From Patescibacteria group bacterium (lineage in GTDB: Bacteria; Patescibacteriota; Patescibacteriia; UBA2591; UBA4787): a stretch of DNA of 46,444 bases. Of this stretch, positions 1-8,445 are shown piece by piece; position 1 is the first letter of the stretch; each line of letters starts with the position of its first letter. A model generated the notes under the pieces. That model was not told where the DNA came from, did not search any database, and saw only the letters and a program-made list of their open reading frames with translations. Made by a program: the position numbers and the translations under genes. The stretch lies in the NCBI GenBank assembly GCA_049971355.1, contig JBMFLE010000001.1:1-46444 (forward strand), read 5' to 3'.

Positions 1-28
1 GTTACCGAATTGGTTAGATAGTACAAAT
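1..28 (+). repeat. Solo terminal inverted repeat of an IS-like element at the window edge
   Basis: GTTACCGAATTGGTTAGATAGTACAAAT is the exact reverse complement of 10182-10209 and matches 10479-10506 at 21/28. Its inner-to-outer orientation implies the element body lies left of the window. Confidence 0.5.
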
Positions 29-90
29 GACTCAATCAACAAAACAGGATTATTAGATAGCAAACAGACAATGGCCGAATTATTTTCATA

Positions 91-117
91 AAAAAGGGCA
101 AATCAATTGCCCTTTTT
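91..117 (-). terminator. Bidirectional intrinsic terminator downstream of hppA
   Basis: Hairpin GGGCAA-ATCAA-TTGCCC flanked by A5 (91-95) and T5 (113-117), 24 nt past the hppA stop. Confidence 0.6.
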
Positions 118-140
118 AAATTTAATTTAATTGTTTTGTT

Positions 141-2294
141 TTAAAGCAAATGAAAGACAATAGTTAAACCAGCCACTACCACTGAAACCATGCTCATTAA
201 TTTAATTAAGATGTTTAAAGACGGACCAGCTGTATCTTTAAATGGATCGCCAACTGTGTCACCAACTACTGCTGCTTTATGCTCAGCTGACCCCTTGCCG
301 CCAAAATGTCCCTCTTCAATATATTTTTTAGCATTATCCCAAGCTCCGCCAGCATTAGCCATAAAAACAGCTAAAACAAAACCTGAAGTCAAAGCACCTA
401 ATAATAATCCCATTACGCCAGCCACACCTAAAAGTAGACCAACCAAAATCGGAGCAATGACCGCTATTAACGACGGCATAATCATTTCTCTTTGTGCGCC
501 TTTAGTGGCAATCGTTACACAATTAGCATAATCGGGTTGATTTTCACCAGTCATAATTCCTTTAATTTCTCGCCATTGACGGCGAACCTCCTCAACCATT
601 TTTGAAGCCACTCGTCCAACTGCTCGTAGGGTAAAAGAACAGAAAAGAAAAGAAAGCATCGCGCCAATAAAAATACCAATTAAAACTTTAGGATTTAATA
701 GATGAATTTGATAATATTCCATAAAATCATTTAAAGTTGCTTGACTAACTTCAACCAGTCGACCACTGACTTCCATTGTTTTAACGCCAACTCTTTCTAA
801 ACCAACCCTTACCTCTTCGATATAAGCGGCTAATAAAGCCAAAGCGGTTAAAGCAGCTGCGCTGATGGCAAAACCTTTACCAGTGGCGGCCGTGGTATTA
901 CCAAGTGCATCTAAAGCATCTGTTCTTTGACGAACAAATTCCGGCTGACCGGTCATTTGAGCATTACCGCCGGCATTATCAGCCACTGGCCCATAAGCAT
1001 CAGTAGCTAAAGTAAGACCCAAAGTAGAAAGCATGCCAACGCTAGCAATAGCAATTCCATAAAGTCCTAAAGATGGATTAGAAAAACCGCCAGCAGTGGC
1101 AAAAGCTAAGAGAGTGCCAAGGCAAACCACAGTCACTGGAATAAAAGTGCTTAACATTCCGGTCCCAATTCCTTCAATAATCACTGTAGCTGGACCAGTT
1201 TTGGCTTGACCGGCAATTTCTCGAGTCGGTTTAAAACCTGATGAAGTGTAATATTCAATTGACTTACCAACAATAATTCCCGCTAATAAGCCAATAAAAA
1301 TTGACCAAAAAATTCCAAAATTGTCAGGTAAAAGAAAATGAACTATGACGGCTGAAGCTATGGTTATTAAAATAGCAGCCAAATTAATCCCTCGACTTAA
1401 AGCAATCAATAATTCTTTTTGTTCAACCTTTTCTTTGGTTTTAACCAGATAAATTCCTAAAATTGAAGAAATAATTCCTAAACTAGCAATAATCATTGGG
1501 GCAATTACGCCAGACAAACCCAAACCAGCAGCCATGGCCAAAGCTGCAGTGGCTAAAATTGAACCACAATAAGATTCATAAAGATCAGCCCCCATACCAG
1601 CCACATCGCCAACATTATCGCCAACATTATCGGCAATCACGGCTGGATTGCGCGGGTCATCTTCTGGAATACCGGCCTCAACTTTGCCAACTAAATCAGC
1701 ACCAACATCCGCGCCTTTAGTAAAAATTCCTCCGCCAACTCTGGCGAAAAGGGCCTGGAAAGAAGCACCCATTCCAAAACAGAGCATGGTGGTGGTGACG
1801 ATAGGTATCGGATAATGTAAAAAATAATACAAAATAGTAAACCAAAGGCAGATATCTAATAAGCCAAGACCAACCACGGTTAGTCCCATCACTGCTCCGG
1901 CTCGAAAAGCAACTTGCAGACCTCGATTTAAAGATTCTTTAGCCGCTTGAGCAGTGCGCGAAGAAGCCAGGGTAGCGGTTTTCATACCAATATAGCCAGC
2001 CAAGCCAGAAAAAAATCCACCGCTTAAAAAAGCAAATGGCACCCAATTTGATTGAAGCTTTAAACCAAAAGATAAGATAGCAAAAAAAATAAAAGCCCCA
2101 ATAAAAAATTGAATTACTACTTTATATTGCTGTTTTAGGTAAGCTATTGCTCCAACTTTAACCACCTCAGCAATTTTTTTCATTTCTTCGCTCCCGGCCG
2201 GTTGTTTCATTACCTGGCGATAGAAGAACCAGGCAAAAAATAAACTAATCAAACTTCCAATTGGAGCAATAAAAAACAAAATTTCTGGTTTCAT
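141..2294 (-). CDS. hppA: Membrane-integral pyrophosphate-energised cation pump (K+-dependent-type H+/Na+ pyrophosphatase)
   Basis: 717 aa and highly hydrophobic. Hallmark motifs [26 protein letters not shown] and [23 protein letters not shown] are present. The [10 protein letters not shown] motif has Ala rather than Lys, the known signature of K+-dependent enzymes. Confidence 0.95.
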   Translation of the reverse strand: MKPEILFFIAPIGSLISLFFAWFFYRQVMKQPAGSEEMKKIAEVVKVGAIAYLKQQYKVVIQFFIGAFIFFAILSFGLKLQSNWVPFAFLSGGFFSGLAGYIGMKTATLASSRTAQAAKESLNRGLQVAFRAGAVMGLTVVGLGLLDICLWFTILYYFLHYPIPIVTTTMLCFGMGASFQALFARVGGGIFTKGADVGADLVGKVEAGIPEDDPRNPAVIADNVGDNVGDVAGMGADLYESYCGSILATAALAMAAGLGLSGVIAPMIIASLGIISSILGIYLVKTKEKVEQKELLIALSRGINLAAILITIASAVIVHFLLPDNFGIFWSIFIGLLAGIIVGKSIEYYTSSGFKPTREIAGQAKTGPATVIIEGIGTGMLSTFIPVTVVCLGTLLAFATAGGFSNPSLGLYGIAIASVGMLSTLGLTLATDAYGPVADNAGGNAQMTGQPEFVRQRTDALDALGNTTAATGKGFAISAAALTALALLAAYIEEVRVGLERVGVKTMEVSGRLVEVSQATLNDFMEYYQIHLLNPKVLIGIFIGAMLSFLFCSFTLRAVGRVASKMVEEVRRQWREIKGIMTGENQPDYANCVTIATKGAQREMIMPSLIAVIAPILVGLLLGVAGVMGLLLGALTSGFVLAVFMANAGGAWDNAKKYIEEGHFGGKGSAEHKAAVVGDTVGDPFKDTAGPSLNILIKLMSMVSVVVAGLTIVFHLL

Positions 2295-2334
2295 AGGCCC
2301 CCGAATTTCATTATTTCACTATTTCATTATTTCA

Positions 2335-3552
2335 TTATTTTTTACTCTCTATTTTCTCTTCCTCCTGAGTTTTATTTGTTTCTGTCTTTTTTACTTCTTC
2401 TTTTGTTTCCTCAGTTTTTTTAGTCTCTTTAGGAATCGTTTGAATCTCAATCTCATAGCCAGTTAATCTTGAAGCTAAGCGGACATTTTGACCAGCTCGA
2501 CCAATAGCCAAAGAAAGATACTCTTCTTTAATTTTTATCACTGCTTTCTTGGTCTCCTTGTCTATCTCAGCAGATTGAATTTTGGCTGGTGATAAAGCAT
2601 TGATGACAAATTTTAATGGATCTTCGTTCCATTCAATGATGTCAATTTTTTCACCACCCAATTCGGCAATAATAGTTTGAATTCGAATTCCTCTTTGTCC
2701 AATACAGGCCCCCACTGGATCAATACTTTTCTCTTTAGTCCAAACTGCCACTTTGGTCCGAGAGCCAGCCTCGCGAGCAATAGCCTTAATTTCAACTAAT
2801 CCATTGGCAATTTCTGGAATCTCTTGTCTGAAGAGTTCTCTCACAATTTCCGGATGCCGACGCGAGAGAATAACTTCCGGACCTTTAGTTGTTTGTTTAA
2901 CAGCTTGAAGATAAAATTGCATTTTTTGTCCGGGATTATATTTTTCTTCTAAAATTTGTTCTGAAGGTGGTAGAAGAGCGACAGTATCGGGTAAATCAAC
3001 TAAAACCAAATTTTTCTCCCGACGCTGAATTACACCAGTAATTATTTTTCCTTCCTGACTTTTATAACGGTCAAAAATAGTTTGCCTCTCAGCCTCACGC
3101 AATCTTTGAATAATTACTTGTTTGGCAGTTTGAGCTGCCACTCGGCCAAATCCGACTGGCAAAGGTAACTCAGTTATCACCATATCGCCGACTTTATAAC
3201 TTTTCTTGATTTTTCTTGCTTCGGATAATTGAATTTCGGTCCGGGGATTAAAATGGCGTTTCTCTGCCTCAACTAAAGTTTCGGTTGATAACTTCTCGGC
3301 TTCTACTTTTTTAACTTCAGACTTTGCTAAATCTTCTTCTGGCAGATCCTCAACTACTGTTTTGACATCAAAAACTTTCATTGAACCATCTTCAGGGTTA
3401 AATTCAACTTTGATATTTTGATTTTTTTGGCCATAATCTCGGCGATAAGCAGCAGCTAGCGCTTGTTCAATGGCGCCTAAAACTGTTTCTTTGGAAAGCT
3501 TCTTCTCCTGACAAATTTGTTCAATGGCCTGGAGAATAGTTAACTCAGCCAT
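2335..3552 (-). CDS. nusA: Transcription termination/antitermination factor NusA
   Basis: 405 aa with an N-terminal NusA domain, an S1-like segment (GKIITGVIQRREKNLVLVDL), two KH motifs (GACIGQRGIRIQ, LAIGRAGQNVRLAS) and a Lys/Glu-rich tail. Confidence 0.95.
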   Translation of the reverse strand: MAELTILQAIEQICQEKKLSKETVLGAIEQALAAAYRRDYGQKNQNIKVEFNPEDGSMKVFDVKTVVEDLPEEDLAKSEVKKVEAEKLSTETLVEAEKRHFNPRTEIQLSEARKIKKSYKVGDMVITELPLPVGFGRVAAQTAKQVIIQRLREAERQTIFDRYKSQEGKIITGVIQRREKNLVLVDLPDTVALLPPSEQILEEKYNPGQKMQFYLQAVKQTTKGPEVILSRRHPEIVRELFRQEIPEIANGLVEIKAIAREAGSRTKVAVWTKEKSIDPVGACIGQRGIRIQTIIAELGGEKIDIIEWNEDPLKFVINALSPAKIQSAEIDKETKKAVIKIKEEYLSLAIGRAGQNVRLASRLTGYEIEIQTIPKETKKTEETKEEVKKTETNKTQEEEKIESKK

Positions 3553-3743
3553 AATTTTAAAATTAATGTTTAATTCTTTAAAAGAGAATTAGCCTATTTT
3601 TAGGCTAACTTACTTATATAAAATTATATCAGATTTAAAATAATTTGCCTGTGGATAACTGAGCTGATGCATCAGCCGCAGACCCTTTGTTTCTAATTTC
3701 ATACGAATGAACCAAATTGGTCAGTGGCTACACTAATTTAAAA

Positions 3744-3814
3744 AGCGGGAGAAGGGAATCGAACCCTCGTAACCAGCTTGGAGGGCTGGCGCATTACCAC
3801 TATGCTACTCCCGC
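3744..3814 (-). tRNA. tRNA-Gly(UCC): tRNA-Gly(UCC), no encoded CCA
   Basis: Minus strand reads GCGGGAG-TA-GCAT-AGTGGTA-ATGC-G-CCAGC-CCTCCAA-GCTGG-TTAC-GAGGG-TTCGATT-CCCTT-CTCCCGC-T, a 71-nt cloverleaf with U73. The anticodon loop has C rather than U at position 33. Confidence 0.9.
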
Positions 3815-3817
3815 AAG

Positions 3818-4071
3818 TCGGAGTGGTGAGGTTCGCACCCACGATCTCCTGCTCCTTCACCCCGTTAGAAAAATATATGATGCATATATAGATTCTATCG
3901 GGGATGCCAGATTTGAACTGGCGACCTCTCGCTCCCAAAGCGAGCGCTCTAAACCAACTGAGCTAATCCCCGGCAACTCAATGTATAAAAGTTAAATTAT
4001 TCGTACTTTATACTTTGATAATTTCTAACGGGGCAAGAAGCAGGCGCCTTAAACTACTGGGCCACACTCCG
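3818..4071 (-). tRNA. Interrupted tRNA gene (5' part 4071->4034, 3' part 3853->3818) with a 180-nt anticodon-loop insertion; joined anticodon loop UUCUUGA (CUU, Lys-like)
   Basis: The joined halves give a 74-nt cloverleaf. It has a perfect 7-bp acceptor stem (CGGAGTG/CACTCCG), a D arm GCCC-AGTAGTTTA-AGGC, an anticodon stem CCTGC/GCAGG, a variable loop AGATC, a T arm GTGGG-TGCGAAC-CTCAC and A73. The insertion 3854-4033 is closed by a perfect 12-bp inverted repeat (3860-3871 / 4022-4033). Confidence 0.75.
3898..3972 (-). tRNA. tRNA-Pro(UGG): tRNA-Pro(UGG), nested inside the insertion of the interrupted tRNA
   Basis: CGGGGAT-TA-GCTC-AGTTGGTTTA-GAGC-G-CTCGC-TTTGGGA-GCGAG-AGGTC-GCCAG-TTCAAAT-CTGGC-ATCCCCG-A, 75 nt, with the C1-G72 pair typical of bacterial tRNA-Pro. 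Confidence 0.92.
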
Positions 4072-4087
4072 ACTTAAACACTAAAAT

Positions 4088-4115
4088 ATTTTAATATTTA
4101 TTTTATAAAAGTCAA
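4088..4115 (-). promoter_or_regulatory. Sigma70-like promoter for the tRNA cluster
   Basis: Minus strand reads TTGACT (4115->4110), N16, TAAAAT (4093->4088). The -10 box ends 16 nt upstream of position 1 of the interrupted tRNA. Confidence 0.55.
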
Positions 4116-4118
4116 TCA

Positions 4119-4141
4119 AATGCACGACCTAATAATACACT
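4119..4141 (-). promoter_or_regulatory. Conserved 23-nt box 3 nt upstream of a -35 hexamer (copy 1)
   Basis: AGTGTATTATTAGGTCGTGCATT on the minus strand, identical to 18961-18983 and at the same 3-nt distance from a TTGACT/TTGTCA -35. Confidence 0.45.
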
Positions 4142-4211
4142 TGACACTAAGGGGGCCAAACCAAAAATGAAGACGAAAATGAAAAAAATTTAATGACCGC
4201 TAAAATCAAGG

Positions 4212-4247
4212 GGTGGAATATGGAAGCGATCGCCGCGATATTCCACC
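4212..4247. repeat. Hairpin with GCGATCGC core
   Basis: GGTGGAATAT ... ATATTCCACC 10-bp stem enclosing the GCGATCGC palindrome. Confidence 0.5.
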
Positions 4248-4317
4248 TCTTTACCCCTACACCAATATATTAGCGCGGAGATAAATTGGGCTTACTTAGG
4301 TATCAATTATGTCAATT

Positions 4318-4338
4318 TCGGGAAGTCCGACCTCCCGA
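4318..4338. repeat. REP-like palindromic unit (TCGGGAGG-loop-CCTCCCGA family)
   Basis: tcgggaagtccgacctcccga. Related copies lie at 4573-4597, 23563-23587 and 23588-23610. Confidence 0.6.
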
Positions 4339-4407
4339 GACTTTATCAATAAATTGGAGTATATATTATATACCAATTTCTTTTATTCGCTATTTTTTGA
4401 GTTTTGG

Positions 4408-4441
4408 ACTATTTACCTATTCGGGCGAATAGGTAAATAGT
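4408..4441. repeat. 16-bp perfect hairpin
   Basis: ACTATTTACCTATTCG-GG-CGAATAGGTAAATAGT. Confidence 0.6.
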
Positions 4442-4572
4442 AAAATTTAAATATCAAAATCGTGCCAAATTTCAAAATTAATGATATAGATCAATTAATA
4501 GGGTCTGACCCGGAATCTCCATAGAAAAAGCAAAAGGAAGGTTTAAAATTAACTCCCTGAAACTACGTGGAA

Positions 4573-4597
4573 TTTCGGGGGGTCCGACCTCCCGAAA
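4573..4597. repeat. REP-like palindromic unit
   Basis: tttcggggggtccgacctcccgaaa. Confidence 0.6.
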
Positions 4598-4617
4598 AAT
4601 ACTTGAATGAAAATAAC

Positions 4618-5871
4618 CTAACAGCAATACAAATTTTCTGGCGGCTTATTTTCCGATATTTCGCCGAAAGGATTACCAAATTTTTGGATATTGGCAATCA
4701 TTTTTTTATTTTCTTCGGTTGATAAAACAGCGCCATTCAATTTATTTCTAATTTTTTTCATCAATTCTGGTAAATTAATTTTAACCGGACAATTTTCAAA
4801 ACAAGTCGAGCAAAGAGTGCAGGCATAAGCATTTGATTTTTTTGCTTGAAGTAAACTATCAGATAAAGCAGTAAAAATAATTCCCTTACTACCTAAATAT
4901 TTATCACCATAATTGCGACCTAATTGATGAAAGGCTGGACAAAAATTCAAACAAGCGCCACAATTTAAACAATATAATAATTCTTCAAAACCTTCTTTTA
5001 ATAACCGCGAACGACCATTATCAACTAAAATTAAATAAACTTCTTTTGCCCCTTGAGCGCCGATCACTAATCTATTTTGAATATCTGCTGTCTTTGATGG
5101 TCCAGAGATAATTGAAACATAAACCGGCCAATCCTGTCCAGCGCCCCAAATGGCTGAAGCTTTGACAATTTTCATCGCTGACTCAATATCTGGGGCCAAT
5201 TTTTCAACTCCAGAAATAATAATGTGCCTATCCGGCCAGCGTGAAACCAAAGAGATATTACCTTCGTTTTCTAATAAAATAATTCTGCCGTCAGCAGTAA
5301 TGACATTGGCTCCAGTAATACCAACTGTTGTTTCGGGAATTTTTTTTCTTAAATATTGACGGGCAAAATTGGCAATCACTTCTGCTTTTGGTTCAATTTT
5401 CTGACCAAATTTTTGATAAATTTTTTCAACAATCTTTTCTGGTGTTAAATGAAAGGCCGGAAAAACCGGATGTAAATCTTCCTCAGTCATCCACTGATTA
5501 ATCATGTCGCCCAAATCAGTCTCAATTAATTCTTTGCCTAAAAAAACTGATTTTAGATCAATCTCGTCAGCAATGTTTGATTTTGATTTTAAAATAACTC
5601 GGTCATCTTGAATCAATTTCTGAATAATCATTCGGGCATCAGCTGCATCTCTTGCCTCAAAAACTTTAATTTTATTTTTTTCTAAATTGGCAATGGTTTG
5701 TTTTTTAACTTCTTCTAAATTATCAATGGTAGCTTTTTTAATCTTATAAAGTTCCTCTCTCAATAATATCCGCTCTAAATCACTGGCTGTTTTTTCTCTT
5801 TTTTCTTTATATTCCAAAACCACCCGCCAAATATTTTCTTTGATTTGTGTGGATAAAAATTCTCTAATCAT
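4618..5871 (-). CDS. LutB-like iron-sulfur protein (LUD-type domain plus 2x[4Fe-4S] ferredoxin motifs)
   Basis: 417 aa. The C-terminal part has CLNCGACLNFCP and CTLCSTCFENCP motifs. The N-terminal 300 aa resemble the LUD/DUF162 fold of LutB/YkgF. Confidence 0.7.
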   Translation of the reverse strand: MIREFLSTQIKENIWRVVLEYKEKREKTASDLERILLREELYKIKKATIDNLEEVKKQTIANLEKNKIKVFEARDAADARMIIQKLIQDDRVILKSKSNIADEIDLKSVFLGKELIETDLGDMINQWMTEEDLHPVFPAFHLTPEKIVEKIYQKFGQKIEPKAEVIANFARQYLRKKIPETTVGITGANVITADGRIILLENEGNISLVSRWPDRHIIISGVEKLAPDIESAMKIVKASAIWGAGQDWPVYVSIISGPSKTADIQNRLVIGAQGAKEVYLILVDNGRSRLLKEGFEELLYCLNCGACLNFCPAFHQLGRNYGDKYLGSKGIIFTALSDSLLQAKKSNAYACTLCSTCFENCPVKINLPELMKKIRNKLNGAVLSTEENKKMIANIQKFGNPFGEISENKPPENLYCC

Positions 5872-5886
5872 ACTTGTTAGCAGTAA

Positions 5887-6606
5887 TTAGTAGCGATTTA
5901 ACAATTGTGATAATTCTTTAATTTCTATATCTTTAGTATTTTCTTTCAGGTGAAGATAACATAAAGGACAGGTGGTCACTAAAATTTTCACTCCAGTTTG
6001 TTCCGCTTGTTTTAATCTATCTTGGGCAATTTGATTGGCCAATTCCGGCTCATTAGATTTGACTCCGCCGCCTCCGCCACAGCAAAAAGAGTCAATTCGA
6101 TTTAATTTCATTTCTTTTATTTCGTATCCGAGCAATCTAATAATTTCTCGCGGTTCATCATAAACTCCCATTTGCCTGCCCAAATGACAAGGATCATGGT
6201 AACTGACCGCCTGGCGGTCAGAATTTTCAATTTTCAATTTCCAACTTTCATTTTTTTTGGCAATTGTTTGAGTGATGTGTTCAATTTGGATATCCCATTT
6301 TTCGCCCAAAATTTTCGGGTATTCTTTGCTAAAAATCATAAAACAGGCCGGACAATTAGTAATAATTTTAGAAACACTGTGTTCTTTAAAAATTTTTAAA
6401 TTCTTTTCAGCCAGTTTCTGAAAATCGTCAAAATAACCAGCCTTCAAAGCCGGCGAACCGCAACAAGCTTCAATCCCAGCCAATTCAATAAAATCAATTT
6501 TCAATTGGCGCAAAATCTGGCGATAATTATCCAACAAATCCTTGACGACAAATTTGGTTAGACAGCCGGGATAATATAAAATGTTGCCTCGGAATAATTT
6601 AAACAT
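5887..6606 (-). CDS. LutA/GlcF-like Fe-S oxidoreductase with two cysteine-rich (CCG) domains
   Basis: 239 aa with YYPGCL...CCGSPA and CPACF...CCGGGGG...TTCPLC patterns, immediately downstream of the LutB-like gene. Confidence 0.7.
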   Translation of the reverse strand: MFKLFRGNILYYPGCLTKFVVKDLLDNYRQILRQLKIDFIELAGIEACCGSPALKAGYFDDFQKLAEKNLKIFKEHSVSKIITNCPACFMIFSKEYPKILGEKWDIQIEHITQTIAKKNESWKLKIENSDRQAVSYHDPCHLGRQMGVYDEPREIIRLLGYEIKEMKLNRIDSFCCGGGGGVKSNEPELANQIAQDRLKQAEQTGVKILVTTCPLCYLHLKENTKDIEIKELSQLLNRY

Positions 6607-6658
6607 AATACAAATCTTTTTTATTCACAAATTTGTATTGATTTGTACATTCGTTGAT

Positions 6659-7330
6659 CTAAATCCTCCCTATCAACATCAAAACACCTAAAACCATTAA
6701 GAATAATCCGGCCAGTAATCTCATCCAACGGCGGTATTTCATCCGCCAAGTCTCTAACTTTGCGGAGGAACTGCCAAAATAAACCACGGCCAAAATTATT
6801 AGCAATGGCAGAACAAAAATTAAATTATATAAAAGAAGATATAAAATTCCTTGCCAGCGAGTACATTTTTCTGCCATTAGACAAAGCACGCCTAAATAAA
6901 TCCCGCCGGTACAAGGCAACTCAAAGGCGGCAACCAAAAAACCCAGAACAATCGCCCCGGGGATAGAAGCCCGATGAATATATTTTTCTAAAAGCGGCTT
7001 TTTTGACTCAGGAATAGCTAAACTAATTCCTTTGCCATACCAAAAAAAATCTTTCAAATTAACCAAACCCAAAATAATCAATAAAACAGCAGCAACTTTT
7101 GAAATAATTAAAGTCAGATGCAATGAGGTCAGAATTTTCAAAAGCCCCAGGCCGGCTAAAAAATAAACAATAAAAACAGTAAAAATATAAATCAAGCCGA
7201 CTCGCCAGACTCTTTTCGACGAACCAATCAGCGATAAATAGCCCAATAAAAAAATTAAAACAGCAAAAGCACAGGGATTGATAGAGTCAATAATTGCGGC
7301 GCCAATAATGGCCGGGATAGTTAAATTCAT
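6659..7330 (-). CDS. CcdA/DsbD-family thiol-disulfide electron transporter
   Basis: 223 aa with about 6 TM segments and conserved membrane cysteines in INPCAF and ELPCTGG. Confidence 0.75.
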   Translation of the reverse strand: MNLTIPAIIGAAIIDSINPCAFAVLIFLLGYLSLIGSSKRVWRVGLIYIFTVFIVYFLAGLGLLKILTSLHLTLIISKVAAVLLIILGLVNLKDFFWYGKGISLAIPESKKPLLEKYIHRASIPGAIVLGFLVAAFELPCTGGIYLGVLCLMAEKCTRWQGILYLLLYNLIFVLPLLIILAVVYFGSSSAKLETWRMKYRRWMRLLAGLFLMVLGVLMLIGRI

Positions 7331-7373
7331 AAAGGCTACGAAATACGAATTGATTACGAATATACTAAATAAA

Positions 7374-7910
7374 TTAAATCTTTTTCTTGCGAAAAATAAA
7401 TTTTATTAATAAAAAAACGATAGCTAAAACTATTAAACCAATGGCAATCCAGCCAATCATAACTTGTTTTGAACTTCTTTTACTGTCAAAATTTTGATTA
7501 TTTTGTTCTGATTGAATTTTCTCAATCGGCGAGGGACATTTCTGATTGAGACAGCGCAAAACTTCATTTCTAATTTGCGAACCAATAAAATCATTATAAC
7601 CAACGAATGATTTCTCACCAATGTAAATAACCGGCACCTGAATCTCAGTCAAACTTAATCCGTAAGCTCGAGCCATGGCTAAATAAATAAACCGATTATT
7701 TTGATTATAAAAAACTTCTAAAGGAAAAACATCTAATCCAGCGTACTGTTTCTTTAGTTGCTCTAAAAAGATTTCCGCTCGGGCACAATGCGGACAACCC
7801 TGACCATAGAAAAAATAAAGTCCAACCTGGTTTTGTTGAGCCAGAACAGGACTAAAAATTATTAGCAAAAAACCAACAACTAATAGTAATAAATTTAGAT
7901 GCCTTTGCAT
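7374..7910 (-). CDS. Secreted, membrane-anchored thioredoxin-fold protein (CPHC active site)
   Basis: 178 aa with an N-terminal signal/anchor, GQGCPHCARAE and a C-terminal TM helix, adjacent to the CcdA-like gene. Confidence 0.6.
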   Translation of the reverse strand: MQRHLNLLLLVVGFLLIIFSPVLAQQNQVGLYFFYGQGCPHCARAEIFLEQLKKQYAGLDVFPLEVFYNQNNRFIYLAMARAYGLSLTEIQVPVIYIGEKSFVGYNDFIGSQIRNEVLRCLNQKCPSPIEKIQSEQNNQNFDSKRSSKQVMIGWIAIGLIVLAIVFLLIKFIFRKKKI

Positions 7911-7980
7911 ATCTTTAATATTTTAAAGAATCTATATAAAAAGTCAAAATGCGGGCTGACAATTTTTATCGGGCCCGCAT

Positions 7981-8445
7981 TTATAGTTTTAAAATCGTCG
8001 GAAGACCAAAATAAAAGCAGATAGTAATAACCATTAAGGCTAACCAATAAACATTAGGCACGCCTAGCCACCAACGGCGATACCACCAAATTTCTAAATT
8101 GTCGCTCCGGAACTTTTTGATGCCGAAGGCCGGATTAAAAACGAACCAGAAAAAATCTTCCAACGTAACCAATGTGAAAAAAAATCCGACAATCAACATT
8201 TCTTTGCGCCAATTCCAGTGGGTAAAAAAGCAGGGTAAATGAATAATCATTAGCAGAAAAATCCACATCATCAAATGGTAACCGGTTAAGGGTCGACCGC
8301 CTAGTAGTTTGGATATCAATTTATTCGTACAACGCCAAGTCGGCAATTTTCCTGCCCAGCCGTTTTCGCCTTCGATCTGGATCTCCCACACAGCCAAAAC
8401 TATGGCTACTACTAAAGTATAAATCAAAAAGACTATAAAGAGCAC
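7981..8445 (-). CDS. Hypothetical Trp-rich integral membrane protein
   Basis: 154-aa ORF with four hydrophobic segments and no recognisable family. Confidence 0.45.
   Translation of the reverse strand: MLFIVFLIYTLVVAIVLAVWEIQIEGENGWAGKLPTWRCTNKLISKLLGGRPLTGYHLMMWIFLLMIIHLPCFFTHWNWRKEMLIVGFFFTLVTLEDFFWFVFNPAFGIKKFRSDNLEIWWYRRWWLGVPNVYWLALMVITICFYFGLPTILKL

Noticed and set aside
190-1720. Plus-strand ORFs 190..531 and 1496..1720 inside hppA
   Set aside because: They lie antisense within a strongly supported 717-aa PPase gene. Their peptides are low-complexity (Pro/Ala/Gln-rich) with no motifs, which is typical of shadow ORFs.
2296-2340. Tandem TTTCAyTA-type repeats between hppA and nusA, and the TTTTGAAT tandem at 23650-23690
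   Set aside because: They are short AT-rich low-complexity slippage repeats in intergenic DNA, with nothing to suggest function.
3649-3657. Perfect DnaA boxes TTATCCACA at 3649-3657 (minus) and 35823-35831 (plus), with weaker ones near 35775 and 43105-43125, as a possible oriC
   Set aside because: They are isolated single boxes tens of kb apart. There is no cluster with an adjacent AT-rich unwinding element and no dnaA or dnaN nearby.
3717-3995. ORFs 3717..3995 (+) and 3738..3938 (-)
   Set aside because: They are translations across tRNA-Gly, tRNA-Pro and the split tRNA, so the sequence is fully explained by RNA genes.
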